A stretch of DNA of 64,000 nucleotides from a virus (Duplodnaviria; Caudoviricetes), in IMG/VR virus record IMGVR_UViG_3300032292_000722, positions 3,043-67,042 of that record; one strand, written 5' to 3'. Shown here in pieces: positions 50,945-60,102 of the stretch (its first letter is position 1; every line of letters begins with the position of its first letter). The notes under the pieces are model-generated. The model searched no databases, was not told the origin of the DNA, and saw nothing but the letters and a program-made list of their open reading frames with translations. The translations under genes and the position numbers were made by a program.

Positions 50945-52993
50945 TTAATTAAACACAGGAACATAACTTTTTACAAGCGCTTCTCTCTTGATTTGTTTTT
51001 GGACCGGTTCCATTAAACATACAATTAACATTAAAAAGGAAACGGTAATATCATAGTCAGTTCTATTGTTTGGGTCGAATTTTTTTGCATCTTCAAGCAA
51101 ATTTTCAAAATCTATTGAATCAATATGTGATTCAAAATACATAATCCCCACATCAGTTTGTTTTGTCAAGCTAAACGGCGTAGTAGGAAATCCTTTGTGT
51201 CTGTCAGCTGTTTCTCTTTTTGAAGGGTCAATTGTTGAAAGCGGGTATGAACCAAGATAGCCCACCCTTCCCCTATCTCTAAAATATGATAGATAATCAT
51301 CACTATTATGCTCATACCAAGCTTGATAGCCATAAAATTCAGCTGCTAAAAGAACTTGTTCATGTAGGGTTTCCTTAATTTGTGGTCTGCCGTAAAGATG
51401 ACCAATTGCTTTCCCAGTATTTTCTGGATTTAATAAATCATACCTTCTGCCAATCCAAGCTGATGCCTTTGAACCATATTTACCACCTTGACTATTACTA
51501 TAGCCATCAATTGCTATTGCGCCATCAGATACCCTACTTGGCTTTCTAGTTTTTACATCGTAAGTATGCTTGTTTTCTTCGCCTGCTTGTGGGAACTGAG
51601 TTATAACCCAATGGAAATCCTCTTCTTTATCATTTATCTCTCGCCACCTAACTACTTGGTCAATATCTCTATAAAATATTACATGACGCTTGAGTTTAGG
51701 ATTTTCTTTTAAATAAGACTCTCTTGCCCCAATATTCATTACATTAAAAATACACTTATCTGAATCTGTACTAAAAGCTTCGTCTATGGTAAGAGGCTCT
51801 TTTCTAATACGAGCAGATAATGCTCTTTGATTATTTTTTACTGTGTCCCTGTCGGCTAAAATTTGAGCCAAAGTTTTTTCTTCATCTGGATGCCCAAAAT
51901 CGTCAAAATTTCTTGTACGCTTTGCAGACATGAAGAATCGATAAAGACCGCTAGAAGTAGTTCCATTATCTTGTCGTTTTTCTTGATTACTTTCTTCCCA
52001 TAATAATTTAAAGGCATCTTGAACACCATCTTTTTCAGTTGTAAGTTTCTCTACTGTAGTGGTATATAATGCTTTACCAATAATTTGTCCTTCGTCATCT
52101 AGCAAACAATAACGCACAACCTCGTGTCTGTCATACACATTAACCTCTGTGGTTTTACCGCACTCGTCTGCTACATATCTATGGAGTTTTTGTCCATCAT
52201 AGGCAACAGTATCTGCTGACTGATGGTCAATAACTGAACCTAATTCATCTTTGTCTACATTTTCCTCTGCCTTCTTACCCCTTACGTTTGTCTTTTGGAA
52301 TCTCATTTCAGACTTTGGATTTACCCCCAAAGACATATCATATTCTGGTCTAAAAAACTTGGGGAGTCGTCTAAATGGATTAACTACTGTCTTGGCAAAG
52401 AATTTTTTAGCATCAGAGCCTGTTTTAGACTGAATACCGCCGTTTGTCATCTTTGTCCTTGTAGTATATTCAGTTACAAATAAACCAGCTACAAATGACT
52501 TACCAAACCTTCTTTTGGTCACCTCAAGCATCCCCATACATAATGGGTCCTGAATACAATATTCCATAAAATAGAACTTTTCTAAATCTGGCATCCTAAA
52601 CTTTGGATAACCAATATCAATTGACCACCATTGCAAGTATAAATAGTGTAACCCAGTCAAATAAGTAGGCACCCCATTATTCATATACCAAAATCCATTC
52701 AATCTTCTATCCCACTCTTGCCTTTTGAATTCCTCTAATTTTTCATCGTAAAATTCAAGCTCATCGTCTTTTTTCTTTTTATCAAACTCATCCCACTTCT
52801 TCATTGTGTCGGCATACCAACTTGGCATCGGTATTCTTTTCCAATATTGCTCGCTTATATTTTTATCTCTCTCGTAAACACCCCTAAATTCTAATTGTTT
52901 GGTAATTATATTATAAACATATCCATCTGGAGGAAGATTACACTTCAATCCTTGGATATCTATAATAGTCCCACCTTCAATTTTTTCGTACAT
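50945..52993 (-). CDS. terL: Terminase large subunit
   Basis: KRRFGKS Walker A, YVADECGK Walker B, C-terminal RNase H-like IDGY...YD..VS. Confidence 0.9.
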   Translation of the reverse strand: MYEKIEGGTIIDIQGLKCNLPPDGYVYNIITKQLEFRGVYERDKNISEQYWKRIPMPSWYADTMKKWDEFDKKKKDDELEFYDEKLEEFKRQEWDRRLNGFWYMNNGVPTYLTGLHYLYLQWWSIDIGYPKFRMPDLEKFYFMEYCIQDPLCMGMLEVTKRRFGKSFVAGLFVTEYTTRTKMTNGGIQSKTGSDAKKFFAKTVVNPFRRLPKFFRPEYDMSLGVNPKSEMRFQKTNVRGKKAEENVDKDELGSVIDHQSADTVAYDGQKLHRYVADECGKTTEVNVYDRHEVVRYCLLDDEGQIIGKALYTTTVEKLTTEKDGVQDAFKLLWEESNQEKRQDNGTTSSGLYRFFMSAKRTRNFDDFGHPDEEKTLAQILADRDTVKNNQRALSARIRKEPLTIDEAFSTDSDKCIFNVMNIGARESYLKENPKLKRHVIFYRDIDQVVRWREINDKEEDFHWVITQFPQAGEENKHTYDVKTRKPSRVSDGAIAIDGYSNSQGGKYGSKASAWIGRRYDLLNPENTGKAIGHLYGRPQIKETLHEQVLLAAEFYGYQAWYEHNSDDYLSYFRDRGRVGYLGSYPLSTIDPSKRETADRHKGFPTTPFSLTKQTDVGIMYFESHIDSIDFENLLEDAKKFDPNNRTDYDITVSFLMLIVCLMEPVQKQIKREALVKSYVPVFN

Positions 52994-52995
52994 AA

Positions 52996-53379
52996 TTATA
53001 TTCTTTTACCAGCCAACTCACCAACGGCATCAGCCATATTCTCTGGAGAAAATGGTTTTTTATTAACTTGAACTACCTCTTTTTTATCAGTTACTTCTTG
53101 ATTTATTCCAGCTAATACTTCTAATGCCTTTATTGAAGCAGAAATTGTTCCCGCATCCACCCATATCTTTTGCAATCTCTCAAAAGTCTTAATCTTAGGG
53201 TCATCAATATCAATAGCTGTAAGACTAGTTTTATTCAATAACTCAGCCATCTCATTAGCCTTTCTATTTAAGGCATGATATAGCTTACCAATACCATCTT
53301 GCTCGTAATAAGCATTTCTGCCTTGTAAATAGGCAATTTGCTTTTCTAAATCCTTTATTTTATCTAATTCTACAGACAT
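52996..53379 (-). CDS. Possible terminase small subunit
   Basis: Helical 127-aa ORF immediately upstream of terL. Confidence 0.45.
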   Translation of the reverse strand: MSVELDKIKDLEKQIAYLQGRNAYYEQDGIGKLYHALNRKANEMAELLNKTSLTAIDIDDPKIKTFERLQKIWVDAGTISASIKALEVLAGINQEVTDKKEVVQVNKKPFSPENMADAVGELAGKRI

Positions 53380-54050
53380 TCTAATTCTTTTAATTGTTTT
53401 GCATCTGATTTATTATACCCAACCAAAAAATCACCATTCTCAACCAATGCTGTCATATTACCATCTATGGCTATAATCTCATTTCTATCGTTACCTTCTG
53501 GATAATATCTTAATCTAATAATTCTTCCTTCTGTTCCATCGTCATTTTGATATATAATCTCATAATCACTTGAAATTACGGTATTAACTGCTCTGCCTTT
53601 TAACTCGCCACTAGTTATGTATAGTTTATTATTCATTACTTCTGGCTCTATGCCCTCAAGCATACCATTGTATGGCTTAAATATTCTTAATGCTGTAACA
53701 AAATTATTTAGAGCGTTCCATATGGAACCTTTTCCTTCTCTCCACATAAAACATTCTTCGATTGGTATTGAGAAATATTGAATATCTGAAGAAGCTTCAG
53801 TAGTAGGTCTTTGATAATTAAAAATCTTATAAGTATCATGAGTAGCATTATGATGGATAAGTATTTCAGCCCCAGTAGGTATGTCTTTAGAATCGACAAC
53901 TTCAGCATTAACCGGTTTAACATATCGCATATTGAAATTGTCATATACTCTTTCTAATTTAATTTTTGTACCATCTTTAAATGTATGACTATTTTTACTT
54001 TCTAAATCAACCTTAATGATTACCCTATTACTTGGAGCTTTCAATTTCAT
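53370..54050 (-). CDS. GroES-like protein with C-terminal extension
   Basis: MKLKAPSNRVIIKVD...G..I.L...AEVV...GAEILIHH resembles the Cpn10 fold. Confidence 0.55.
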   Translation of the reverse strand: MKLKAPSNRVIIKVDLESKNSHTFKDGTKIKLERVYDNFNMRYVKPVNAEVVDSKDIPTGAEILIHHNATHDTYKIFNYQRPTTEASSDIQYFSIPIEECFMWREGKGSIWNALNNFVTALRIFKPYNGMLEGIEPEVMNNKLYITSGELKGRAVNTVISSDYEIIYQNDDGTEGRIIRLRYYPEGNDRNEIIAIDGNMTALVENGDFLVGYNKSDAKQLKELECL

Positions 54051-54068
54051 AGTTTAATTAATTTAATA

Positions 54069-54138
54069 CAAATGTAGCGCTAATTTAATTAATTTAATAT
54101 TTTTTCAAAAATAAATTCCTAATAATTGCTTATATTTG
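54069..54138. promoter_or_regulatory. Divergent promoters
   Basis: Minus strand TACATTTG(54076-69); plus strand TATATTTG(54131-38). Confidence 0.65.
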
Positions 54139-54177
54139 TTGAAACAATTTTATAAAAAAAAATAAAAACCAAAAAAA

Positions 54178-54525
54178 ATGGCAAATCACTTATCGGTTTA
54201 TGTTTATCGTAGAAATCAATACGACTTAAACAACCCAAACGGTACACCTGCGACATCTGGTGTATTATTCTCACTACCTACGGTTGGCTTACAAGTTCAA
54301 CCTACTACTGTGGTAGCAAATGGAGTACAAATGAATTCATTAATTCTTATGTACCCTAGTGGTCTTAATCAACCAGCTGAAAAATTATATAGTGCTGCAA
54401 CAGTTGCACAGATAATTACAGCTATTAATGGTGGTGGTATTGTTACAACTACAACTACTACAGCAGCACCAACTACAACAACCACTGCAGCTCCAACAAC
54501 AACAACCACAACTGCAGCACCTTAA
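54178..54525 (+). CDS. Putative capsid decoration protein with mucin tail (paralogue A)
   Basis: RNQY...NGTPATSG...VANGV.MNS...P.GLNQ followed by (TTTTTAAP)x3. Confidence 0.7.
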   Translation: MANHLSVYVYRRNQYDLNNPNGTPATSGVLFSLPTVGLQVQPTTVVANGVQMNSLILMYPSGLNQPAEKLYSAATVAQIITAINGGGIVTTTTTTAAPTTTTTAAPTTTTTTAAP

Positions 54526-54553
54526 TTTAAAAAACAATTAAAAAAATAAAAAA

Positions 54554-54817
54554 ATGGCAACAATAGTATCAATTACAGCATATCAAAGAAATCAATATGC
54601 TTTATTAAACTCTAACGGAACTCCAGCAACATCTGGTATTTCTTACGGATTCCCAGTAACTGCATTTGCAGCTTACCCAGCACCTGCTAATACTGTAGCT
54701 AACGGAGTAACTATGAATTCAATAGTCGAAGTAGCACCTACTGGTTTAAACCAAGTACCCGTATTATTTTATACGACTTCTACTGTAGCACAGATTAATT
54801 CTGCAGCAAACGCTTAA
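54554..54817 (+). CDS. Putative capsid decoration protein (paralogue B, no tail)
   Basis: Same motifs as paralogue A. Confidence 0.7.
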   Translation: MATIVSITAYQRNQYALLNSNGTPATSGISYGFPVTAFAAYPAPANTVANGVTMNSIVEVAPTGLNQVPVLFYTTSTVAQINSAANA

Positions 54818-54823
54818 TGAATT

Positions 54824-54855
54824 AGCCCCTATTTATTTAGGGGCTTTTTTATTTT
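54824..54855 (+). terminator. Intrinsic terminator
   Basis: AGCCCCTA/TAGGGGCT stem followed by a T tract. Confidence 0.75.
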
Positions 54856-54970
54856 CTTTATGTACTGTTTTTAGGTTCTTGTAGATTCTTTCAGAGTCTT
54901 CAATTTTACCATTAGCTGCGGCAATAGCAATTGCTAACCTTCTTAGTTTTTTTGCGGCTTTATTATTCAT
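54833..54970 (-). CDS. 45-aa basic microprotein
   Basis: MNNKAAKKLRRLAIAIAAANGKIEDSERIYKNLK... Confidence 0.55.
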   Translation of the reverse strand: MNNKAAKKLRRLAIAIAAANGKIEDSERIYKNLKTVHKENKKAPK

Positions 54971-54979
54971 ACATTTATT

Positions 54980-55099
54980 TTATCTGCCCTGCCCTCTGTA
55001 TTGTTTTGGACGGGGTGAATGTTTGTTATAAGATTTTTTTGCTCTTCCTGATTTTTTCGTTCCAAATGTAACCTTGGATGAATTTGTAAGTTTTGCCAT
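54980..55099 (-). CDS. 39-aa basic microprotein ending YRGQGR
   Basis: MAKLTNSSKVTFGTKKSGRAKKSYNKHSPRPKQYRGQGR; TAATG coupling. Confidence 0.75.
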   Translation of the reverse strand: MAKLTNSSKVTFGTKKSGRAKKSYNKHSPRPKQYRGQGR

Positions 55100-55323
55100 T
55101 ATTGTTTGTTTTTAAAATAATCTTTATCTAATTCCCCGCCGTCCATTTTATTGGGGTAAACAAGTATGTCGTCATCGTAAAAGTTCCGCACCATGCCATT
55201 GTGGTATAATATGACTTTCCAAACAGTGTTTGTGTCTGAGCCGTAGTCGAGCCATGCGATTGCTTTTCCATATCCAAGTGGGGTTTCAACATCTATTGTA
55301 TTTTTTAATTCGTGAATATACAT
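55099..55323 (-). CDS. Conserved phage hypothetical protein
   Basis: V.TPLG.G.AI...DYG......W.V motif. Confidence 0.75.
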   Translation of the reverse strand: MYIHELKNTIDVETPLGYGKAIAWLDYGSDTNTVWKVILYHNGMVRNFYDDDILVYPNKMDGGELDKDYFKNKQ

Positions 55324-55661
55324 TAAATTTGGTTTTCATCTGATTTACTAGATAATAATTGTAAACTTGTAACTCTAGCGTGAAGCTGCGCCACTGTTTC
55401 CTTTGTTTTATCATTAAGATATGTTTTTGCTTCTGGCTTCCCTTCCATGTAAATCAAAGTACCTTTTTTAAGATAGTTGGCTACATTGGTTTTGTCAGTC
55501 CAGTAAGCGCAAGAAACCCAAGTTGTTTTATCTACATCTTGTCCTTGTTGGTTTTTAAACTTTTCGCTGTAAGCCATTGAAAAATTAATTACTGTTTTTT
55601 CATTTACATTGTTTACTGTTGCATCTTGTCCTAATCTTCCGATTACTGAAATTCTAATCAT
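55323..55661 (-). CDS. ssb: Single-stranded DNA-binding protein
   Basis: IGRLGQDA...FSMA...TTWVSC..W...YLKKG..IY.EG OB fold. Confidence 0.9.
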   Translation of the reverse strand: MIRISVIGRLGQDATVNNVNEKTVINFSMAYSEKFKNQQGQDVDKTTWVSCAYWTDKTNVANYLKKGTLIYMEGKPEAKTYLNDKTKETVAQLHARVTSLQLLSSKSDENQI

Positions 55662-55678
55662 TGTGTTTTGTTTTATTG

Positions 55679-57538
55679 TTAAAAATTAATTTCTGTTCCA
55701 TTATCATCTTTGTAAGGCGTCCAATTATCAAATGTTTTTTGTACTGACGCATCGGGTCTTAAAATTATATTTTTATCATTTATAATTTTTTGTAATGAAT
55801 CCAATCCATTGAATAAAAATCTTCTAGTTTGAAAATACATTTGAAATAAAATAAATCCTTTCTTACCAACAATCTTTTGTCTTCTAATCTTTTTGCTATG
55901 AAATTCACAAGATGGATTACTAGGGTCTGTTTGAGCAAAGGGTCTATGATATACAAGGATATTATCTAGTTTATTGTTCCACATTGCACCATCAGTTAAA
56001 TCAAACACATCTGGGCAAGGATAGTTACCATCAGATGCTTTTACCATTTTAACAGGGTGAGCAATTATCCAAAAGAAAATATTGTTTATCTGCGCAAATC
56101 TTGAGAACACAGACAATACCCATTCAAGATATTTATCACTTCTTGAAAATTTTTGATATTCGTTTGTCAATTGGTTAAAAGGGTCAATGTCTACGCCATC
56201 AACATTCTCTTTCACAATTAACTCTAAAAATACTTCCATCACATATTGTGGAGTAGGCGAAACATCTTTAGGATAAACATAAAATATATGCTTACATACT
56301 AAATCGTAAACATATTCATAAACTTGTTTAGATGGTCTATGTGGATTTGCAGGACTACAATCACATCCTAAAATAATCTCTACAAAATCATGGTAATATT
56401 CTTCTGGTGGGTTATCTTCTGGTGAAAATGTAGCAAACTTTTCTCCGTATAACATTATACGCATAGCTTGGTACCATTTTTTAAACGAAGATTTACCATA
56501 GTTACCAATACCAGTAAGAACTGTAATCTCTCCTCTCTTTGGTTTAAACTTGTCATCCAAATCGGGTACTCCAATACCATCTACTTTAGCATATCCTTCA
56601 TCATAAATTCTTAAAGCTTGTTCTTTTACATCAATTCCGTAAATAACATCTTTCAGTTTTAATCCTTCATCAAATACAGCTTTCTCTACCTCTATTTCCT
56701 TTTTAGAAACCTTATCAACTAATATTTCTTTATCAAATGATGCACTTCCAAAGTTTTTTGAATTTGCCTTGTATGCAGAACGTATTGCCCTATCTGCCTC
56801 ACTTTTTGTAAACTCAGAATTCGTAATAAACTCTGTATGAATCATAGAATTTGCTGCAGTTTCATTTATACCAAAACGACAACAAGCTGATGCTAATTTA
56901 AATATAAAATTATTTCTTTCCCCCGTAACAAAAGCCTCATTTTTATTAGATAACCAAGTTAAAACATTCTTAAATATTTTTTGGTCATCATCGTTTTTCT
57001 CATAAACAACAACCTTTTCAGTTTTTTTAATCTTCTTAAAAATTTCAGCTTTGTCGTTTATGTAAATTTCCGAGTCGTAACTCTCATAACATACTCTGCT
57101 TTGGTTAATTCCGCTTCGGTCAATTTCTGGAAACACTTCTTGTAATGCTTGGAAATGTTCTCTATGTTTTTCACCATTTGCTACTTTTACCAAAGCTTTT
57201 AATCCATTACCAGATGGGCTAATCCAACAAGCAAAAACAAATGGATGTGAAATAATTTCATTTTGCTTATCTCTAAGCTCAAATACGTTGTCAAAATCTA
57301 AAACTATGTACCCACTATGCTTAATTAACTGAGCATCAGTTCTATCAGGGCCAAATTTACCACTAAAACACACCGAAGGAAGGTTTAGTTTTATCTTATT
57401 TGCTTTTTCTTTATCAATTGTTCCTCTAATTTCAGATACGGTTGATTTGCTTTTACCTTCTTGTATTCTTTTTAACGCGGCTTCAACAGAAATGTAATTT
57501 GGTTCCTTAGAAAAGATGTTTTTAAAAATTGTTATCAT
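55679..57538 (-). CDS. Primase-associated SF4 helicase (VirE/BT4734-like N-terminus, PriCT, T7 gp4-like helicase)
   Basis: LPSVCFSG, DFD, WISPSGNGLK, GERNN..F.LA, TGIGNYGKS, IDPFNQL, IIAHP.K. Confidence 0.85.
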   Translation of the reverse strand: MITIFKNIFSKEPNYISVEAALKRIQEGKSKSTVSEIRGTIDKEKANKIKLNLPSVCFSGKFGPDRTDAQLIKHSGYIVLDFDNVFELRDKQNEIISHPFVFACWISPSGNGLKALVKVANGEKHREHFQALQEVFPEIDRSGINQSRVCYESYDSEIYINDKAEIFKKIKKTEKVVVYEKNDDDQKIFKNVLTWLSNKNEAFVTGERNNFIFKLASACCRFGINETAANSMIHTEFITNSEFTKSEADRAIRSAYKANSKNFGSASFDKEILVDKVSKKEIEVEKAVFDEGLKLKDVIYGIDVKEQALRIYDEGYAKVDGIGVPDLDDKFKPKRGEITVLTGIGNYGKSSFKKWYQAMRIMLYGEKFATFSPEDNPPEEYYHDFVEIILGCDCSPANPHRPSKQVYEYVYDLVCKHIFYVYPKDVSPTPQYVMEVFLELIVKENVDGVDIDPFNQLTNEYQKFSRSDKYLEWVLSVFSRFAQINNIFFWIIAHPVKMVKASDGNYPCPDVFDLTDGAMWNNKLDNILVYHRPFAQTDPSNPSCEFHSKKIRRQKIVGKKGFILFQMYFQTRRFLFNGLDSLQKIINDKNIILRPDASVQKTFDNWTPYKDDNGTEINF

Positions 57539-58287
57539 TATTCAGAAATTGGTTTAAAGGCGTTTCTAGCGGTTTCTAATTCGTTTTGATACTTATTATC
57601 AATTCTATGAGAAAGTGTCTTATTTTGGCTAATTTTAAGCTCAAATAAGCCTTTCCACCCATTTGCCATAGATTGTTTTATAATTTCAATAGCATTTTCA
57701 CAATTTTTACCAGATAACCTAACTAAATCATCAAATGCAGCTTGTTCACTTTGAACTGTTTTATAATTAAATTTAAATTGCTTGCTTTTGTAATCTTTCC
57801 ATAAATCCCAATATTCTATAATTTCTTCCCCAACAAATGAAATTTTAATTTTTTTTGTCCCTTTAACCATATCCTTATCCATATCCTTATCCATATCCTT
57901 ATCCATATCCTTACGCCCTTGTAAGGGCCTTGTAAGGGGCTTATTTTGCTTATCTAGCAAATTATTTTTTTCAAGCAATATGATTATACTATTATGCGCT
58001 CTATTGTCTGGATTTAAACCAGAAGGGTACTGAAATTCAATAAAAGAAGGTATAAACCACTTATTACCTTTATCAAAAATTATAATCTTTTCATCAAAAC
58101 TTTTAATAGCCTCTTTCAAATCAATTTTTTCTCCTATTCTTATCTGTGCTACGTCAATATCAACTTGCCATATACCTGCGTGGTCACAATCATCACAAAT
58201 ATATAGCCAAAGGAGCTTATAAGCCCCTTGTAAGCCCCTTATAAAAGGTTTTTTCCACTTTTCAGTATCAGTAAATCTCTTAGCCAT
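57538..58287 (-). CDS. Replication initiator (helicase-loader-like) protein
   Basis: KRFTDTEKW...LW.YI.D.CDHAG N-terminus, KDMD repeat linker, SMANGWKGLF C-terminus. Confidence 0.7.
   Translation of the reverse strand: MAKRFTDTEKWKKPFIRGLQGAYKLLWLYICDDCDHAGIWQVDIDVAQIRIGEKIDLKEAIKSFDEKIIIFDKGNKWFIPSFIEFQYPSGLNPDNRAHNSIIILLEKNNLLDKQNKPLTRPLQGRKDMDKDMDKDMDKDMVKGTKKIKISFVGEEIIEYWDLWKDYKSKQFKFNYKTVQSEQAAFDDLVRLSGKNCENAIEIIKQSMANGWKGLFELKISQNKTLSHRIDNKYQNELETARNAFKPISE
57866..57940. repeat. 12-bp tandem repeats (CCATATCCTTAT) plus CCTT-GT-AAGG quasi-palindromes inside the initiator gene
   Basis: Read directly; related GCCCCTTGTAA/GCCCCTTATAA tandem at about 58223-58244. Confidence 0.7.
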
Positions 58288-58296
58288 TTTCTTAAA

Positions 58297-58494
58297 TTAA
58301 TCATTAATAAAATCAGTGTCCATTGCTCTATTTATCTTCGCTAAATTTGTATCAGATAAATTCATTATCCTCTGAATAAAAATAGAATAAAGTGTAGGGT
58401 ATGGTATTTCTGTTTTTCTTGAAAGCCAAGCTAGTGGCCTTTCTTCTTGTTCAAGATAAAGAAGTATCTCATCTTTTACATTTTGTTTTTCCAT
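58297..58494 (-). CDS. Cro-like helix-turn-helix protein
   Basis: LAWLSRKTEIPYPTLY...LS..NL.KI. Confidence 0.75.
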   Translation of the reverse strand: MEKQNVKDEILLYLEQEERPLAWLSRKTEIPYPTLYSIFIQRIMNLSDTNLAKINRAMDTDFIND

Positions 58495-58513
58495 AAATAA
58501 TTTGATTGAGGCA

Positions 58514-58597
58514 CAAAGTAATAACTAATATTTTTAATTACAAAATTTATTTTTTTAAAATTATATTTTATTTATTTAATTTAATTAATTAGCTTTG
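58514..58597. promoter_or_regulatory. Divergent promoters flanking the HTH gene
   Basis: Minus strand TTTG(58544-41), 19 nt, TTACTTTG(58521-14); plus strand TAGCTTTG(58590-97). Confidence 0.6.
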
Positions 58598-58600
58598 CAA

Positions 58601-58732
58601 ATGGAAAACAGAGAACTAATATACGAAATGGCTAAAAGATTAGATTTAGTTATTGAAGTTTGGAAGGAAGGTAAATATATCGGCAAATTTAGATACATAA
58701 ATAATAAACTGCACAAATGGAAAGATGGATAA
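58601..58732 (+). CDS. 43-aa hypothetical protein
   Basis: MENRELIYEMAKRLDLVIEVWKEGKYIGKFRYINNKLHKWKDG. Confidence 0.6.
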   Translation: MENRELIYEMAKRLDLVIEVWKEGKYIGKFRYINNKLHKWKDG

Positions 58733-58911
58733 CCGAAGATGAAATAATGCACAGGATTAAAAATCATCCTGACTTAACTAAAGATGATAAAGAAGATTTT
58801 TACTTTGACATACAGATGTTATACATTGGTAAAAAAGGTCAAGAAAAATTAGATAAAGTAGTAATTAAAAATCAAGAAAGAAATAAAATAAAAAAAGATG
58901 GCATACAATAG
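58717..58911 (+). CDS. Hypothetical protein
   Basis: 64-aa ORF overlapping both neighbours. Confidence 0.6.
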   Translation: MERWITEDEIMHRIKNHPDLTKDDKEDFYFDIQMLYIGKKGQEKLDKVVIKNQERNKIKKDGIQ

Positions 58912-59443
58912 TACAATAATAACAAAGAAAAAGCGTTGTGTTAATTGTGGCAATATTGATTATTGGTTTTCCAAAAAGATGTGTAAACAATGCGCCACAG
59001 TACATTCTACGCAAAAGAGATTAGAAGAATTTGAAGATGATACAGAAAGTTTTCAGAATCTTGTTCAAGACCTTGACCATGTATTTAGCCAATACATTAG
59101 AAATAGATATGCAGATAAAACAAGCATCGTTGAATGTTATACTTGTGGTAAAAAACATACAATTGCAGAAATACAATGTGGTCATTTTATGGGTAGGTCA
59201 AATTTAAGCACTAGATGGATGGAACAAAATTGCAGACCACAATGTATGGAATGTAATTACTTTAAAACTGGTAATATAGAAGAATTTGAATACAAATTAC
59301 ACGAAGAAAATAATGCTATAGTTGAATATTTAAGAGAAACAGCTAGGCAAACAGCAAAACCTACAAAAGATGAGCTAAAAGGCTTAATCCTAGAATATAG
59401 GGCAAAGCTAAACTTGGTAAAAAAGAAATTTATTGAAAAATAA
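58898..59443 (+). CDS. ninG: NinG/Rap-family Holliday junction endonuclease
   Basis: D.VFSQYIR, CYTCG, CGHFMGR, TRW...NC..QC..CN...GN. Confidence 0.85.
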   Translation: MAYNSTIITKKKRCVNCGNIDYWFSKKMCKQCATVHSTQKRLEEFEDDTESFQNLVQDLDHVFSQYIRNRYADKTSIVECYTCGKKHTIAEIQCGHFMGRSNLSTRWMEQNCRPQCMECNYFKTGNIEEFEYKLHEENNAIVEYLRETARQTAKPTKDELKGLILEYRAKLNLVKKKFIEK

Positions 59444-59490
59444 TTTATATTTTTACGGTGGTTATCATAGTTTGTAGATTTAGTAGTTTA

Positions 59491-59522
59491 GCCCCATGTT
59501 TTAGAATGACATGGGGTTTTTT
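59491..59522 (+). terminator. Intrinsic terminator
   Basis: GCCCCATGT/ACATGGGGT stem followed by T6. Confidence 0.75.
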
Positions 59523-59747
59523 ATCGCTCAAACATGAGCCGATTATCAGTCATTTACGGCTCAAAGTTGCTTTATTAGGTAACTTTTATGATTGATAAGT
59601 TTACTATTAGAGAACTTTGTAACCAATTTGGGAACATTTATTCGTACTAAAAAGTGTGATTAACTTACATAAATTGGTAGTGATAAAGTAAAGCTGATAC
59701 TTGACTAGACCTCCCCTTGTCGTAAAGCTATAACTTGACTAAATGAC

Positions 59748-59813
59748 AAAAAAAGGCTCCCAAGTAGAAACTTAGGAGCGATACCAGTTAAACCTTTAAC
59801 TATGTCTTATGCG
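59748..59813 (-). ncRNA. Candidate ~65-nt small RNA
   Basis: TATATTTG(59825-18) promoter; no ATG; terminator GCTCCTAAG/CTTGGGAGC with a G-U pair valid only on the - strand, then T7. Confidence 0.5.
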
Positions 59814-59871
59814 GATACAAATATATACAAAAATTTAATTAAATTTATTTTTTTAATTAAATTAATTAAAT

Positions 59872-59879
59872 TAATTTTG
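59872..59879 (+). promoter_or_regulatory. -7 box TAATTTTG
   Basis: Upstream of the recombination operon, preceded by AATTAAATTAAT repeats. Confidence 0.55.
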
Positions 59880-59895
59880 TTCCAAAACACACAAT

Positions 59896-60093
59896 ATGGC
59901 AAGAAGTATTTCTCCCGATTCGGTTTCCAGTAAGGTAGCCGATTTAACATTAGGCGAACATCTTAGATTAAACAACCCATACACATCTGTAATGGTTATG
60001 GTATCCAATTTAAAGAAAAAAGAAGCCCACAAAGATAAATTATTTAAGATTAAAGCTACTGACAATACTACTACTGTAACCAGAATAAAATAA
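59896..60093 (+). CDS. Small putative DNA-binding protein
   Basis: 65 aa, first gene of operon. Confidence 0.65.
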   Translation: MARSISPDSVSSKVADLTLGEHLRLNNPYTSVMVMVSNLKKKEAHKDKLFKIKATDNTTTVTRIK

Positions 60094-60102
60094 ACCAATA
60101 TT

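Noticed and set aside
59801-59932. 43-codon + strand ORF MSYADTNIYKNL...
   Set aside because: Runs through the AT-only promoter tract and overlaps the real gene at 59896 in another frame
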